From contig JAOAJX010000001.1 of NCBI GenBank assembly GCA_026413945.1, positions 139,116 to 203,115 of the forward strand: a stretch of 64,000 nucleotides of DNA. Direction: 5' to 3'. The position numbers were made by a program, and so were the translations under genes. The notes below the pieces were generated by a model that saw nothing but the letters and a program-made list of their open reading frames with translations, was not told where the DNA came from and searched no databases. This DNA is from Candidatus Iainarchaeum sp. (GTDB lineage: Archaea; Iainarchaeota; Iainarchaeia; Iainarchaeales; DTGL01). How positions within the stretch are numbered: the first letter of the stretch is position 1; every line of letters starts with the position of its first letter. Positions 22,253 to 32,791 of the stretch are shown piece after piece.

Positions 22253-23038
22253 TTATGGTAAATATTTCAACCCTATTTTATGGAGCCAGAAAGAAAACCT
22301 ATCGAGTATCGCATTGCCCCTATATTTCTTATCTTCTCCTAAAATTTTTGAAGCTATATTCATAAAGTCAGCGCTTGCTTTTGCATTAGGTCTCATATGA
22401 ACTACTGGCTGATTATAAGCGAATGCTTCATGCACAGCGTCATCTTCAATTATACTACCAATTACGGGTGCTTCAGCAATATTGCCAACCTCCTCAACGG
22501 GAAGCTGGGGCAACCCATAGTTTACTTTGTTCACAATAACCCCAAGAACCTTCTTGTTGAAGGCCCTAGCCAACCTTACAGCTCGCAACGCATCTATTGT
22601 TGCTGGCAACTCAGGATTTGTAACCACTATTACAAAATCGCTTGCCTCAATTGCAAGCTGTGCTTCCTCATCGAGCCCAGCGCCAGCATCTAAAAAGATA
22701 ACATCATGCTTCTTCTTCAAGGTGTTTAAAAGCCCAAATGCCTTTCTATAATCGCTTTTAAGATCAGCAATACCCAAACTGCATGTTAGCAGTTTTACTC
22801 CCGAATCGTGAGTGAGAATTGCACCATCAAGCTCAATATCGCCTTTTAGAACATTGTTTATTGTCCTATCTGCTGGCAAATAGCCCAAATAAAGAGCCCC
22901 TGTTGGGCTGCTCACATTGCCGTCAAAAACAAGCGTATTATAGCCTTTTTTATTAAAAGCAGATGCAAGGTTTAGAGCAACAGTCGTCTTTCCTACACCA
23001 CCCTTGCCGGAAATTATAGATATAATTTCCCCCATCAC
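22253..23038 (-). CDS. minD: MinD/ParA family ATPase
   Basis: SGKGGVGKTT deviant Walker A, VVTNPE. Confidence 0.85.
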   Translation of the reverse strand: MMGEIISIISGKGGVGKTTVALNLASAFNKKGYNTLVFDGNVSSPTGALYLGYLPADRTINNVLKGDIELDGAILTHDSGVKLLTCSLGIADLKSDYRKAFGLLNTLKKKHDVIFLDAGAGLDEEAQLAIEASDFVIVVTNPELPATIDALRAVRLARAFNKKVLGVIVNKVNYGLPQLPVEEVGNIAEAPVIGSIIEDDAVHEAFAYNQPVVHMRPNAKASADFMNIASKILGEDKKYRGNAILDRFSFWLHKIGLKYLP

Positions 23039-23186
23039 ATCACCAGCTACTATAATTATGTGTTATTCGCTTTTTATTCCTTTTGATTTCAATTGCTAAT
23101 CAATTGCTAATTGCAAGTCAAAAGACAAGTAACGATAAGTTTTTATATTAGCCATTTATATTAATGTAAAAAACGACGGTGATCTT

Positions 23187-25457
23187 ATGAAGCTTGAATC
23201 AATTGCCTTAATTGCTTTAATAATTGTTTCTGTGGCATCTATCTCTGCCATCCTTTTGATTCCAGATTTGAGAGAGCTCATATTTCCAAAAAACGAGATT
23301 AGCGTTGAAGAAGAATATTATGCTCTCATAAAAAAAAGTTATGAGGCACCACCCTACAAAGCAGATTATCTGATGTCTATTTCAATGCCAAATATTTTCG
23401 GTTACACCTCACCCGGTTCTGGCCTCGGCATAAATTATAGCTTTGATGTTACAAACACATACTTTTCTAAGTCACTCAACAAAGTAAGCTTACTTATAAG
23501 TGTTTTTGGAGTAGAATCCGAAACCGAGATTTACAATGTCAATGGCAAATCGATCAAATGCCAAAAGACAAACTATTCATCAATATATAGCATATTAAGA
23601 TCATCAAAAGAGAGCGAATGGTTTTGTGAAATTAGCAAGGAAAGTTTTTACTCAATATATGATCCATCAAAAGCGGCTCAAAGCATCGATTTAACAAAAA
23701 AGATAGATTATAACATTACCTTCATTGGTGAGAAGAAAATAGTTGAGAGAGATGCAAAATGCTACAAATTGGATTATTCTGGCAAAGATATAAACATCTC
23801 ATGGCTTCAGAGTATTGCATACTTAGCGGCCACAGATAATGGCTACAGTTCAATAACAGGAGAGCCGCCAAAAATTCCAACAGCTTTTTCTTTGGTCTCA
23901 GAAGTAAACAATGAAAAAAAAGAAGACCTCTACGAGGAAATAGTTTTTAACGCTGAAGTTTGCCTTGATAAACAATACGGTGTTTTGGCATTGATGGATT
24001 CCAACTTTTCCATAAAAATGAAGAATCTCAAAAAGCCAATTGGCTTTTCACTTAAGTTTAACTTGAAAAAGATAGAATTTGGCAAAGTTAGCGAGCAACA
24101 CATAAAGCCACCGGTTCCATTTTCTATTGACGCAAACTGCAACAATAAAAATATTAAACTAATGCTAACTGCTTTTGAAGATCTTAAAGGGCAAGCAAGG
24201 CTGACCCTTTCAAAAGAATCTTACTGGATAGCAAAAGATTATGAAGAATCATCGATTAGAAAGGACTCTAACATTGAGTTTGAGAAAAACCTCGGTGAAA
24301 TAAGCATCAAGGCATTTGATTCTAGGTCATTCAAGATTGCGCTGGATAAAAACATATCTTACGGTTCAAAAGAAATACGGCTATGCATAGGCGAAAAATG
24401 CCAAAAAAGCAAAAGCTATGGTTGTTATATATCCTCTTTTTCTAAATACTTCTACATTCTTTCTGCAACTTGCAGTGATGCAAATATCTACTTCTCATTG
24501 TACTCATACGATGATGTGCAGGGAAACCTCAAAGCAAGGCTCAAAGACGGACTTTCATATGAGACTATTTTTGAGAAAGACTTTGGGTATGTTTCCTTAG
24601 AATCATACAAGAAAAAAAGCTTTGAATTTAAACCAGAAACTGAGCTTTCAGGTTCTGGATATCTAGAGGTCTGTGTCGATGACGATTGTTACGATTATTA
24701 TTGTAGCAAAAGTTCATACGGTGATTTTTATGCAAGCAACCTAACTTGTGACCAAAACAAAGTAAGTTTTACTTTATACAACACATATGCCACAAAAGAT
24801 TATTCGGGGGATCTTACGATAAAAGGTTACTCTGATTATTATAGAAAAAGCCCTATTTTCGATAAGAACATGGGCTTATTTGAGATTAAAGCAGGTAAAA
24901 CAAAAAAAGTTTCAGTCGATGTGGAAAAAGATATAAGCAGTTATAATACAATCTACCTTAATATTTGCATAGGAAAAAACTGCGATAAAACATCGTGCTA
25001 CCCCACATATTATGGAGATTATACTTTCCCACCACTTCCTACGGTAACGCCAGAGCCAGAAGATGTAAATATTGAGGCAAAAGTTCAAAACTGCATTACC
25101 GGAACAACTGATATAACCATTAAAGAATACTGCCTAAGCACTCTTATGAGCTATTATGGCTATTCTCAAAATCCAAAAACTGCCAAAAATATTCTCCCAT
25201 TATGCGATGCCATAAAGAAATTTACTGAAGATAATATTTCAAAATATAACACTATGGAAAACTATGGCTTTCTTTACAATGTCCCTAATTGCTATGCAAC
25301 TTATGGCTTTTACAGTGGCGTAGGATCCTCAATTTGCGACAAACTTCCGGACAAAGATATTAACATTGTTCAATACGGCAGTATTAACATAATCGTAAAA
25401 GTAAATTGGCGCAATGAATGCAAGCAAAAATATGCAAGCTTGCTTGCAACAAAATAA
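23187..25457 (+). CDS. Membrane-anchored Cys/Tyr/Ser-rich surface protein
   Basis: N-terminal TM; three ~95-aa beta-rich units each ending in a C-x4-C motif; Pro/Thr linker; Cys-rich C-terminus. Confidence 0.75.
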   Translation: MKLESIALIALIIVSVASISAILLIPDLRELIFPKNEISVEEEYYALIKKSYEAPPYKADYLMSISMPNIFGYTSPGSGLGINYSFDVTNTYFSKSLNKVSLLISVFGVESETEIYNVNGKSIKCQKTNYSSIYSILRSSKESEWFCEISKESFYSIYDPSKAAQSIDLTKKIDYNITFIGEKKIVERDAKCYKLDYSGKDINISWLQSIAYLAATDNGYSSITGEPPKIPTAFSLVSEVNNEKKEDLYEEIVFNAEVCLDKQYGVLALMDSNFSIKMKNLKKPIGFSLKFNLKKIEFGKVSEQHIKPPVPFSIDANCNNKNIKLMLTAFEDLKGQARLTLSKESYWIAKDYEESSIRKDSNIEFEKNLGEISIKAFDSRSFKIALDKNISYGSKEIRLCIGEKCQKSKSYGCYISSFSKYFYILSATCSDANIYFSLYSYDDVQGNLKARLKDGLSYETIFEKDFGYVSLESYKKKSFEFKPETELSGSGYLEVCVDDDCYDYYCSKSSYGDFYASNLTCDQNKVSFTLYNTYATKDYSGDLTIKGYSDYYRKSPIFDKNMGLFEIKAGKTKKVSVDVEKDISSYNTIYLNICIGKNCDKTSCYPTYYGDYTFPPLPTVTPEPEDVNIEAKVQNCITGTTDITIKEYCLSTLMSYYGYSQNPKTAKNILPLCDAIKKFTEDNISKYNTMENYGFLYNVPNCYATYGFYSGVGSSICDKLPDKDINIVQYGSINIIVKVNWRNECKQKYASLLATK

Positions 25458-25461
25458 ATGC

Positions 25462-26955
25462 CTAATCCAATTCAACTGCAAAATATTTTGCGAGTAGAGG
25501 CTGCACTTTTTGCAGCTCAAAATACATCTGCTGTGCAACTCTCCTGTAGCTCTTGTGACCAGCTTTGCTAGATCTCAACTTTATTATATGATAAAGTTCA
25601 CGGGAATTCATAGTGAATAAAGTGCGCTTTCTGAATGCAAGAGGCACACAATACTGCGCATCAATAGGACTATATTCGGCTATTTTATGGTATAACTCAC
25701 CAGCTTTTCTCATAAGCTCACAAAAATCTTTTTTAAGGCCAAAATTTGAAAGTTCTTCAGGAACACAGAAACCATGCCTTGTGCTCAATAGCTGAGTTGT
25801 CTGGGTGCATATGCGATGCCTTTGAATATCTCTGTAAGCGCCATAATCCATTAAAATTTCAAAAGTGTACGTTGAATGTTCAATTTCCCTCAACGGTTCA
25901 TCTTTGTTTTGAATCCTCTTGAAAAACTCTTCAAATATTCTTTCTTTCTTTGCTCTGCTTAGTTTTTTTACTTTATCAAGCACTTTTTGAAAAGGGATGT
26001 GAAGATTTTTATACATAATAGCTGCTACAAGCTTATCTTCAGCATCTTGCTCATAATATAGTAAATTTACCTCATTACCTGCTACTTCCTTCACCATTTC
26101 TTTTTTTTCTTCACTAAATTCTTCTTTTGCTATATTTGCAATACTCAAGTCAGTTTCTTCAATATACGGGTTTTTCTCTGCAAAGCTTCCCAAAATTGGC
26201 ATTATCTTTGATGCCTCTTCTTTTATCAGCAAGCCCAATGATTGGGCCTCCTCGAGTTTGTTTGAGAGTAATTTCTCAACAGCGTGTGCCAATGACCTTG
26301 CATTAAATGTTGCCGCAACATTTGTTAATGTAGCTGCTGGCAAAACATAACGCAAAACATCACATGTCTTTCCTTTGATATAAGATGCATAATAAGCATC
26401 ACTCATGCTTTCTTTTTTTGGAAATTTCTCTCTGAAATAGCTTTCAGCAGCGCTAAAATTCTGAGAATAAAAGTCAAATAGCTCATCGAGGGTTTTCTCA
26501 TATATTCTTCCATATCTTGAATTCATTATTCTTTTTGGTTTGTAGTAATGCCCTTTATCAAAAATCTGGTAGCGCGTGCTTTTTTCAGTGTAGCTTGCAA
26601 GCCGATTATCCTCAAAAATTTTCGTAAGCAAAATGCTAATATCCTCAATCGCAATATTTATCACAGCATGCTCAGCTATGCTAAAATGCCCAAAGCCGAC
26701 AACCCATTTTTTTTGAAATTCAGCTGCTTTCTTTTCAGCCGCCAAAGGCTTCTTCTGGCCGCTTGACTTATAAGGCAATCCTTCTTCTTTTATCATCTTT
26801 AGCAAGATTTCCCTAAAGCCAAGAGGTGATCTGCTGACGTAAGCAAAAATTGTGCTCACCAGCTCAGGTGGCAAATTCTTGAAAATATAAACCTTCTTGT
26901 CAAAATTGCTGACATAATCTGAAATTATTGCCATATCTTCTTTGCTATATTTCAT
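25462..26955 (-). CDS. thyX: Flavin-dependent thymidylate synthase, tandem-domain type
   Basis: GH.SIAEH, EKSTRY, LRYVLP in N-half; DIQRHR, AQYCVPLA, LRS...H in C-half. Confidence 0.88.
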   Translation of the reverse strand: MKYSKEDMAIISDYVSNFDKKVYIFKNLPPELVSTIFAYVSRSPLGFREILLKMIKEEGLPYKSSGQKKPLAAEKKAAEFQKKWVVGFGHFSIAEHAVINIAIEDISILLTKIFEDNRLASYTEKSTRYQIFDKGHYYKPKRIMNSRYGRIYEKTLDELFDFYSQNFSAAESYFREKFPKKESMSDAYYASYIKGKTCDVLRYVLPAATLTNVAATFNARSLAHAVEKLLSNKLEEAQSLGLLIKEEASKIMPILGSFAEKNPYIEETDLSIANIAKEEFSEEKKEMVKEVAGNEVNLLYYEQDAEDKLVAAIMYKNLHIPFQKVLDKVKKLSRAKKERIFEEFFKRIQNKDEPLREIEHSTYTFEILMDYGAYRDIQRHRICTQTTQLLSTRHGFCVPEELSNFGLKKDFCELMRKAGELYHKIAEYSPIDAQYCVPLAFRKRTLFTMNSRELYHIIKLRSSKAGHKSYRRVAQQMYFELQKVQPLLAKYFAVELD

Positions 26956-26963
26956 AAAGACAC

Positions 26964-27572
26964 CTAAAAAATTATTCCATAATGCTTTAGGCCTTTTTTT
27001 AAAGAAACCAAATCCTTGAAAACTATTGCTTTCATTCCAATCTTTTTTGCAGCAATCACATTTTCTTTAAGGTCATCAACCAAAATTATTTCCTTTGTTT
27101 TTACACCTAAAACTCGAAGCATTTTAACAAATATCTTTTTTTCTGGCTTTGCACATCTAAGCTCGCATGAAAAAAAGGCGTAGTCAAATAGTTTCATAAA
27201 TTTCTTTTCTTTAAGATATTCAACATCCGGCGAGCTTGCATTTGATAGTATTGCAAGTTTGTATCCAGCTTTTTTAATAGCCTTCACAACTTCGATGACT
27301 TCTTTTTTCTCTTTGTAAGCTTTTTTTAAATAATCTTTCCAAACCTTTCTCGACTTTGCTTTAGCACCGACCTTTTTTAAAAGCTCTGAAATAAGATCTT
27401 TTTCCTTGATTAGGCCCTTCATCCATTTAAGTTCCATTTTTTTGTATGCCTCAACTACTTTTTCTTTTTGTCTCGTGTTTAACCCAAAATCCTTCGCAAA
27501 AAATTTTAGCCTTTTTTTGCTCGGACGCTCTATAAGCACACCACCAATATCAAATACAACAACTTTAATCAA
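26964..27572 (-). CDS. HAD-superfamily phosphatase
   Basis: FDIGGV, LSN, KP, VDD...N. Confidence 0.9.
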   Translation of the reverse strand: MIKVVVFDIGGVLIERPSKKRLKFFAKDFGLNTRQKEKVVEAYKKMELKWMKGLIKEKDLISELLKKVGAKAKSRKVWKDYLKKAYKEKKEVIEVVKAIKKAGYKLAILSNASSPDVEYLKEKKFMKLFDYAFFSCELRCAKPEKKIFVKMLRVLGVKTKEIILVDDLKENVIAAKKIGMKAIVFKDLVSLKKGLKHYGIIF

Positions 27573-27904
27573 AAAATCACGCTCTTTAAATCAAGATTCC
27601 AAAAAATCCGGCTCCGCCTCAATTTTCTTAGAGAAAAAAGCCACATAAAGAAGATAAGAAGCTATTTTTAGCATTTCTTCAATAGAAAAGCCTACTTTCA
27701 AAATAAACCACAAATTATGGCCAAAAGCATTCAGTCTTTTGAGCAAAAAGAATGATTCAGGCATTTAAATATTTGAACGAATAATAATTAAAAAAGCACA
27801 TTCCAAAGCTACCTAAAATAAATATTCGCTTTTTGACGAAATAAACATAGCCAAAAAGCGTAACCTTTTTAATTTTGTTTGGGCAATATGTGTTATGTGG
27901 TTTA

Positions 27905-29173
27905 ATGGCTTCAAACATAAGCGGCTTTTACAAGATGAGCCAAGAAGAGCGCCTTGAAGTTTTAAAGCAAAATTGTAAAATCTCAGATGAAGAACTCCAT
28001 TTGCTTAAAGAGCTTAAACCAATGGATTTCAAAACAGCCGACATAATGATCGAGAACGTTGTTGGTGTCTTTGGGCTTCCTTTGGGGATAGCAACCAACT
28101 TTGTGGTAAATGGAAAGGACTACTTGATTCCTATGGCAATTGAAGAAAGCAGTGTGGTTGCGGCCGCAAGCAAAGCTGCGAAAATTGCAAGGCTTAGCGG
28201 TGGTTTTAAAGCTGATGCCAACAAACAGCATATGATCGGCCAGATACAAATTATGGTCAAAGGCAAAAAAACAAACTCAGTCATTAAAAAAATTAGAGCC
28301 AACAAAAAAGCTCTTCTTGAAAAAGCAAACGCTTGTGACAAGGTTCTTGTTTCGTTTGGTGGTGGTGCCAAAGATTTAATTATCAGGCATTTTGAGGGCT
28401 TTATTGTATTACATTTGATTGTTGATGTTCGGGATGCAATGGGTGCAAATGCCATCAACACAATGTGCGAAACCATTGCACCAGAAATTGAAAAAATTGC
28501 AAACTGTAGGACAGGAATCAAAATAATTTCAAACCTTGCTGTTTACCGGTTAGCGAAGGCTAAAGCAGTATTTACAAAGCATTTACTTGAAGAAGAGTCT
28601 GGCAAAGGCATAGTTGACGAGATTATTAAAGCTTGGAAGTTTGCATTGGCTGATCCTTACAGAGCAGTAACTCACAATAAAGGAATAATGAATGGTATAG
28701 ATGCTATAGCAATAGCTACAGGCAATGATTTCAGGGCATTAGAAGCTGGCGCTCACGGGTATGCTTGTATTAAAGGTAATTATAAACCACTTACGAAATA
28801 TTATAAAGATAAAAATGGAAACCTTATCGGAGAAATAACCATGCCTCTACAGTTTGGAATTGTTGGTGGTTCTACTAGGGTAAATCCAATGGCTAAATTG
28901 TGCCTTAATATACTTGGAGTTAAAAGTGCACAAGAATTAGCAGAGGTTGCAGCATCGGTTGGGCTCGCACAAAACTTTGCTGCACTTTACGCATTATCCA
29001 CTAAAGGAATTCAATATGGTCACATGAAACTTCATGCAAAAAATATAGCTGTGCAAGCCGGAGCCAAAAACTACGAGATTGATGCTGTTGCTGAAGCCAT
29101 GATTTCTTCAAAATCTATTAATGAAGCATCTGCAAAAGAAATACTCAAAAAAATCAGGAGAGATACTTTATGA
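27905..29173 (+). CDS. HMG-CoA reductase, class II
   Basis: ENVVG, EESSVVAA, DAMGAN, THNKGIMNG, GHMKLH. Confidence 0.95.
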   Translation: MASNISGFYKMSQEERLEVLKQNCKISDEELHLLKELKPMDFKTADIMIENVVGVFGLPLGIATNFVVNGKDYLIPMAIEESSVVAAASKAAKIARLSGGFKADANKQHMIGQIQIMVKGKKTNSVIKKIRANKKALLEKANACDKVLVSFGGGAKDLIIRHFEGFIVLHLIVDVRDAMGANAINTMCETIAPEIEKIANCRTGIKIISNLAVYRLAKAKAVFTKHLLEEESGKGIVDEIIKAWKFALADPYRAVTHNKGIMNGIDAIAIATGNDFRALEAGAHGYACIKGNYKPLTKYYKDKNGNLIGEITMPLQFGIVGGSTRVNPMAKLCLNILGVKSAQELAEVAASVGLAQNFAALYALSTKGIQYGHMKLHAKNIAVQAGAKNYEIDAVAEAMISSKSINEASAKEILKKIRRDTL

Positions 29174-30201
29174 CTGCAGGCATAGTTGGCTATGGCATCT
29201 ATGTACCAAAGTTAAGGATAAAAGTAAGCGAAATAGAGCGAGTATGGCAAAAAAGCTCAGGTGGAATCGGTGTGAATGAAAAAGCAGTGGCTTCTATAGA
29301 TGAAGATGCTTGCACACTTGCAGTAGAAGCGGCAAGACGAGGCATAGAAGACTTTTCCATAGACCCAAAAAGAATAAATGCTATCTATGTTGGCTCCGAA
29401 AGCCATCCTTATGCAGTAAATCCTACATCAAGCATTGTTGGTGATGCTCTCGGAACAACAAATAAATATTATGCTGTTGATATGGAATTTGCCTGTAAAG
29501 CTGGAACTGCTGGAATGCAAGTTTGCTATGCACTAAAAAAGGCAAGAATGATCGATATCGGCCTAGCTATAGGCTCTGATACTGCACAAAGCAAACCAAA
29601 CGATGCACTTGAATTTACAGCAGCAAGCGGGGCTGCTGCATTTTTCATAGGAGATAAGAAAGATGAAGTTATAGCAGAAATTGAGAGCACATGTAGTTAT
29701 ACAAGTGATATGCCAGATTTTTGGCGTAGACCTAAAGCGGAATTTCCAGAGCACACCGGAAGGTTTACAGCAGAAGCCTATTTTAAGCACGTCATAGGTG
29801 CCGCCAAAATGATCCTTGAAGAAACAGGTTATAGGGCGGACGAATTTGACTATGCTGTTTTTCATCAACCAAACGGAAAGTTTCCCTTAAAAGCCGCGAG
29901 TATCCTTGGTATAGAAACAAAAAAGGTGGAGCAAGGCCTTATAACACCACTAATAGGAAACACTTATAGTGGATCTACCATGATAGGGTTAGCCAGCATA
30001 CTTGATATCGCAAAACCAAAGCAAAAAATACTTGCTGTAAGCTATGGCAGTGGTGCGGGAAGTGATGCCTTTATAATAAATACAACTGATAACATCTCAG
30101 ATAGGAGAGCAAAGGTGCCTGTGCTAGAAATGATTAAGGAAAAAGAGTATATTGATTATGCACTTTATTTAAGACATAGACGCAAAATAAAAAGCTTGTA
30201 A
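29170..30201 (+). CDS. HMG-CoA synthase, archaeal type
   Basis: GSESHPYAV, EFACKAGT, FHQPNGKFP, SYGSGAGSD. Confidence 0.95.
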   Translation: MTAGIVGYGIYVPKLRIKVSEIERVWQKSSGGIGVNEKAVASIDEDACTLAVEAARRGIEDFSIDPKRINAIYVGSESHPYAVNPTSSIVGDALGTTNKYYAVDMEFACKAGTAGMQVCYALKKARMIDIGLAIGSDTAQSKPNDALEFTAASGAAAFFIGDKKDEVIAEIESTCSYTSDMPDFWRRPKAEFPEHTGRFTAEAYFKHVIGAAKMILEETGYRADEFDYAVFHQPNGKFPLKAASILGIETKKVEQGLITPLIGNTYSGSTMIGLASILDIAKPKQKILAVSYGSGAGSDAFIINTTDNISDRRAKVPVLEMIKEKEYIDYALYLRHRRKIKSL

Positions 30202-31371
30202 GTGATTTTTATGGTTGTAATTATTGGTGCAGGTGTTACAAAATTTGACGAGCACTGGGAACTTTCTTTCAGGGAGCTTATACTTGAAGCAGCCCTAAAA
30301 GCTATAGAAAGTTCAGGCCTACATGGTGAGAAGATTGAAGCAATTTATGGTGGCTGTATGGCATCAGGTAGATTTATAGGCCAAGAACACATAGGTGCGC
30401 TTATTGCAGACCAACTTGGCTTAAATCCAATTCCAAGCACCAGAGTTGAAGCAGCCTGCGCATCTGGTGGTGTTGCTTTGAGGACTGCATACCTTTCAAT
30501 TAAAAGCGGCGCTCATGATATCGTTGCTGTCGGCGGAGTCGAAAAGATGACTGAGCTTAGCACAGAAGGTGTTAGTTTTGCTTTAGGTGGTGCGGGTGAC
30601 CAGGAAATAGAATTATTCCATGGTGCAACCTTTCCTAGCCTCTATGCTTTGCTCGCCAGGGCTCATATGCAAGATTTTGGTACTACCGAGGAACAAATGG
30701 CTGCAGTCGCAGTAAAAAACCACGCCAACGCGATTTTTAATCCAAATGCACAATTTCACCGCCAAATAGCAATAGAGGATGTTATGGGATCTGGATATGT
30801 TGCAGAACCAATAAAAGTTTTGGACTGCTCACCGATTACTGATGGTGCGGCCGCTTTAATACTTTGTTCAAATGAAAAAGCTGAAGAACTGGGTCTCAAA
30901 GGCGTAGAAATAATTGCCTCTGAGCAAGCTTCAGACTCATTGGCAATAACAGGTAGAAAAAGTTTAACTGAGCTAAAAGCCACAAGGATGGCCGCTCAAA
31001 GAGCTTACCAAAAAACAGGGCTTAGTCCAAAAGATATTGATTTTGCCGAGGTTCATGATTGTTTCACAATTGCAGAGATTCTTGCAATTGAAGACCTTGG
31101 TTTTTTTGAGAAAGGGAAAGGTGGCATTGCCACAGAAAAAGGTGAGACCTCACTTAAAGGAAAAATACCTATTAATCCAAGCGGAGGTCTTAAGGGTAAA
31201 GGCCACCCCGTTGGCGCCACTGGAGTTGCACAGGCAGCTGAGGCATATTATCAGCTAATGGAGTTAGCAGGAGAGCGGCAAGTTAAAAAGGCCAAAACAT
31301 GTTTAACGCATAATGTTGGCGGCTCAGGTGCAACAGCCATTGTTACTATTTATAGGAGATTTAAGGGGTGA
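30202..31371 (+). CDS. Acetoacetyl-CoA thiolase
   Basis: EAACASGG, VKNH, EVHDCF, GHPVGATG, HNVGG. Confidence 0.95.
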   Translation: MIFMVVIIGAGVTKFDEHWELSFRELILEAALKAIESSGLHGEKIEAIYGGCMASGRFIGQEHIGALIADQLGLNPIPSTRVEAACASGGVALRTAYLSIKSGAHDIVAVGGVEKMTELSTEGVSFALGGAGDQEIELFHGATFPSLYALLARAHMQDFGTTEEQMAAVAVKNHANAIFNPNAQFHRQIAIEDVMGSGYVAEPIKVLDCSPITDGAAALILCSNEKAEELGLKGVEIIASEQASDSLAITGRKSLTELKATRMAAQRAYQKTGLSPKDIDFAEVHDCFTIAEILAIEDLGFFEKGKGGIATEKGETSLKGKIPINPSGGLKGKGHPVGATGVAQAAEAYYQLMELAGERQVKKAKTCLTHNVGGSGATAIVTIYRRFKG

Positions 31372-31375
31372 CTCC

Positions 31376-31777
31376 ATGCACAACATTGCGCCTTTAAACT
31401 GGAGAAAATTTCCAGAGAGATATCTCCTAAAGGGAAATTACTGTGAAGTATGTAAACAAGCCTTTTTTCCGCCAAGACCAATATGTCCAAACTGCAGGCG
31501 AAAAGGAAAATTGATACAAATGGAGATGCCAAGACAAGGAAAGATCTTGAGCTATACAAAGGTTCATGTGCCTCCAGAGGGATTCAAAAATGAGGCACCT
31601 TACTATTTGGCAGTTATCGAGCTTGAAAATAAAGCCAAGGTGTTAAGCCAAATTGTTGATTCAGAACAAGAAAAAATAAAGATTGGCGCCAAAGTAAAAA
31701 AAGTTTTCAGACAGATTGGCGAACCAGATAAATACGGTACTATAACTTACGGTTATAAATTTAAAGTAATTCAATAA
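31376..31777 (+). CDS. DUF35 Zn-ribbon/OB-fold scaffold of the thiolase-HMGS complex
   Basis: CxxC...PPR..CxxC, OB fold, YGYKF end; start at ATG 31376 after GGGGTGA. Confidence 0.92.
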   Translation: MHNIAPLNWRKFPERYLLKGNYCEVCKQAFFPPRPICPNCRRKGKLIQMEMPRQGKILSYTKVHVPPEGFKNEAPYYLAVIELENKAKVLSQIVDSEQEKIKIGAKVKKVFRQIGEPDKYGTITYGYKFKVIQ

Positions 31778-31795
31778 TATGGTGTTGGTGATTAG

Positions 31796-32791
31796 TTGGA
31801 TAGTGCTAAAGCTAGCGCTCCAGGCAATCTTTTTCTGACTGGCGAGCACGCAGTAGTTTATGGGAAACCAGCAATAATTGCTGCTGTTAATAAAAGAGCT
31901 TATTGCACTTCATTCAAATCAAAAGGCAATACCATTTCTGTTATAAGCAGAGAATTTGGTATTGCAAAAGCTAAAATTAAGGAAAATAATATTGTTAACC
32001 ATGAAGGAAAAAATGAGCTCTTTGTTTTCTTTGATTTGGTTGAAATGCTTATGCATAAGCATGATATTAGAGACGGCCTTGAGATAAGAATTGAATCAGA
32101 TGTGCCAGTAGAGTCCGGCCTTAGCTCAAGCACAGCAACTTTAAGCGCAGCATTGTATTCACTTAATCTTCTTTTTGATCTTAGAATAAAAAAAGAAAAC
32201 TTTTTTGATTATCTATACCCTCTACAAGTCAAGATACATGGTGGCAAAGCATCTGGTAGTGAAATTTTCTCAAGTTCAATTGGTGGTTATAACAAAATTC
32301 AAAAGATAGATTGTGAAGGAAAAACAAAAATAAACTCCAAAGAGCTAGGAAAACACAGTTTTAGCATAGTGATAGGTAATACAAAAGTAAGAGCCCCCAC
32401 AGCGCTTACTGTTGGCATGCACGTACCATCACTTATGAGAAGGTTTCCTAATATGGTTGAAAAGGAATTCGAAAAGATAGAATCTATATGTGAAAAGATT
32501 GAAAAAGCACTTGAGGCTGAAGATATTTACAGAATTGGCAAACTCATAAACAAAAATCAAAAAATACTATCAAAACTCGGTCTTAGTCATCCAAAGATTG
32601 ATGACTGTATTAACGAAGCACTCCATGCTGGTGCTTTGGGTGCAAAACTTAGTGGCGGTGGCTGGGGCGGAGTGATGTTTGCACTTGCAAAAAGAGGGGA
32701 AGAAGAAAAAATAGCTAAAGCCATAGAGTCCACAGGAGCTGAAGCAATAATCACCACAATAGGCGGTGAAGGAGTAAAAGCATGCGATTAA
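31796..32791 (+). CDS. mvk: Mevalonate kinase
   Basis: GEHAVVYG, SGLSSS, AKLSGGG.GG GHMP motifs; operon context. Confidence 0.9.
   Translation: MDSAKASAPGNLFLTGEHAVVYGKPAIIAAVNKRAYCTSFKSKGNTISVISREFGIAKAKIKENNIVNHEGKNELFVFFDLVEMLMHKHDIRDGLEIRIESDVPVESGLSSSTATLSAALYSLNLLFDLRIKKENFFDYLYPLQVKIHGGKASGSEIFSSSIGGYNKIQKIDCEGKTKINSKELGKHSFSIVIGNTKVRAPTALTVGMHVPSLMRRFPNMVEKEFEKIESICEKIEKALEAEDIYRIGKLINKNQKILSKLGLSHPKIDDCINEALHAGALGAKLSGGGWGGVMFALAKRGEEEKIAKAIESTGAEAIITTIGGEGVKACD

Noticed and set aside
23089-23112. TCAATTGCTAA tandem duplication in the minD promoter region
   Set aside because: Only two copies and no further occurrences noticed; may be slippage
25462-26955. Tandem-domain ThyX as a novelty
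   Set aside because: Duplicated ThyX architecture is already known in other prokaryotes
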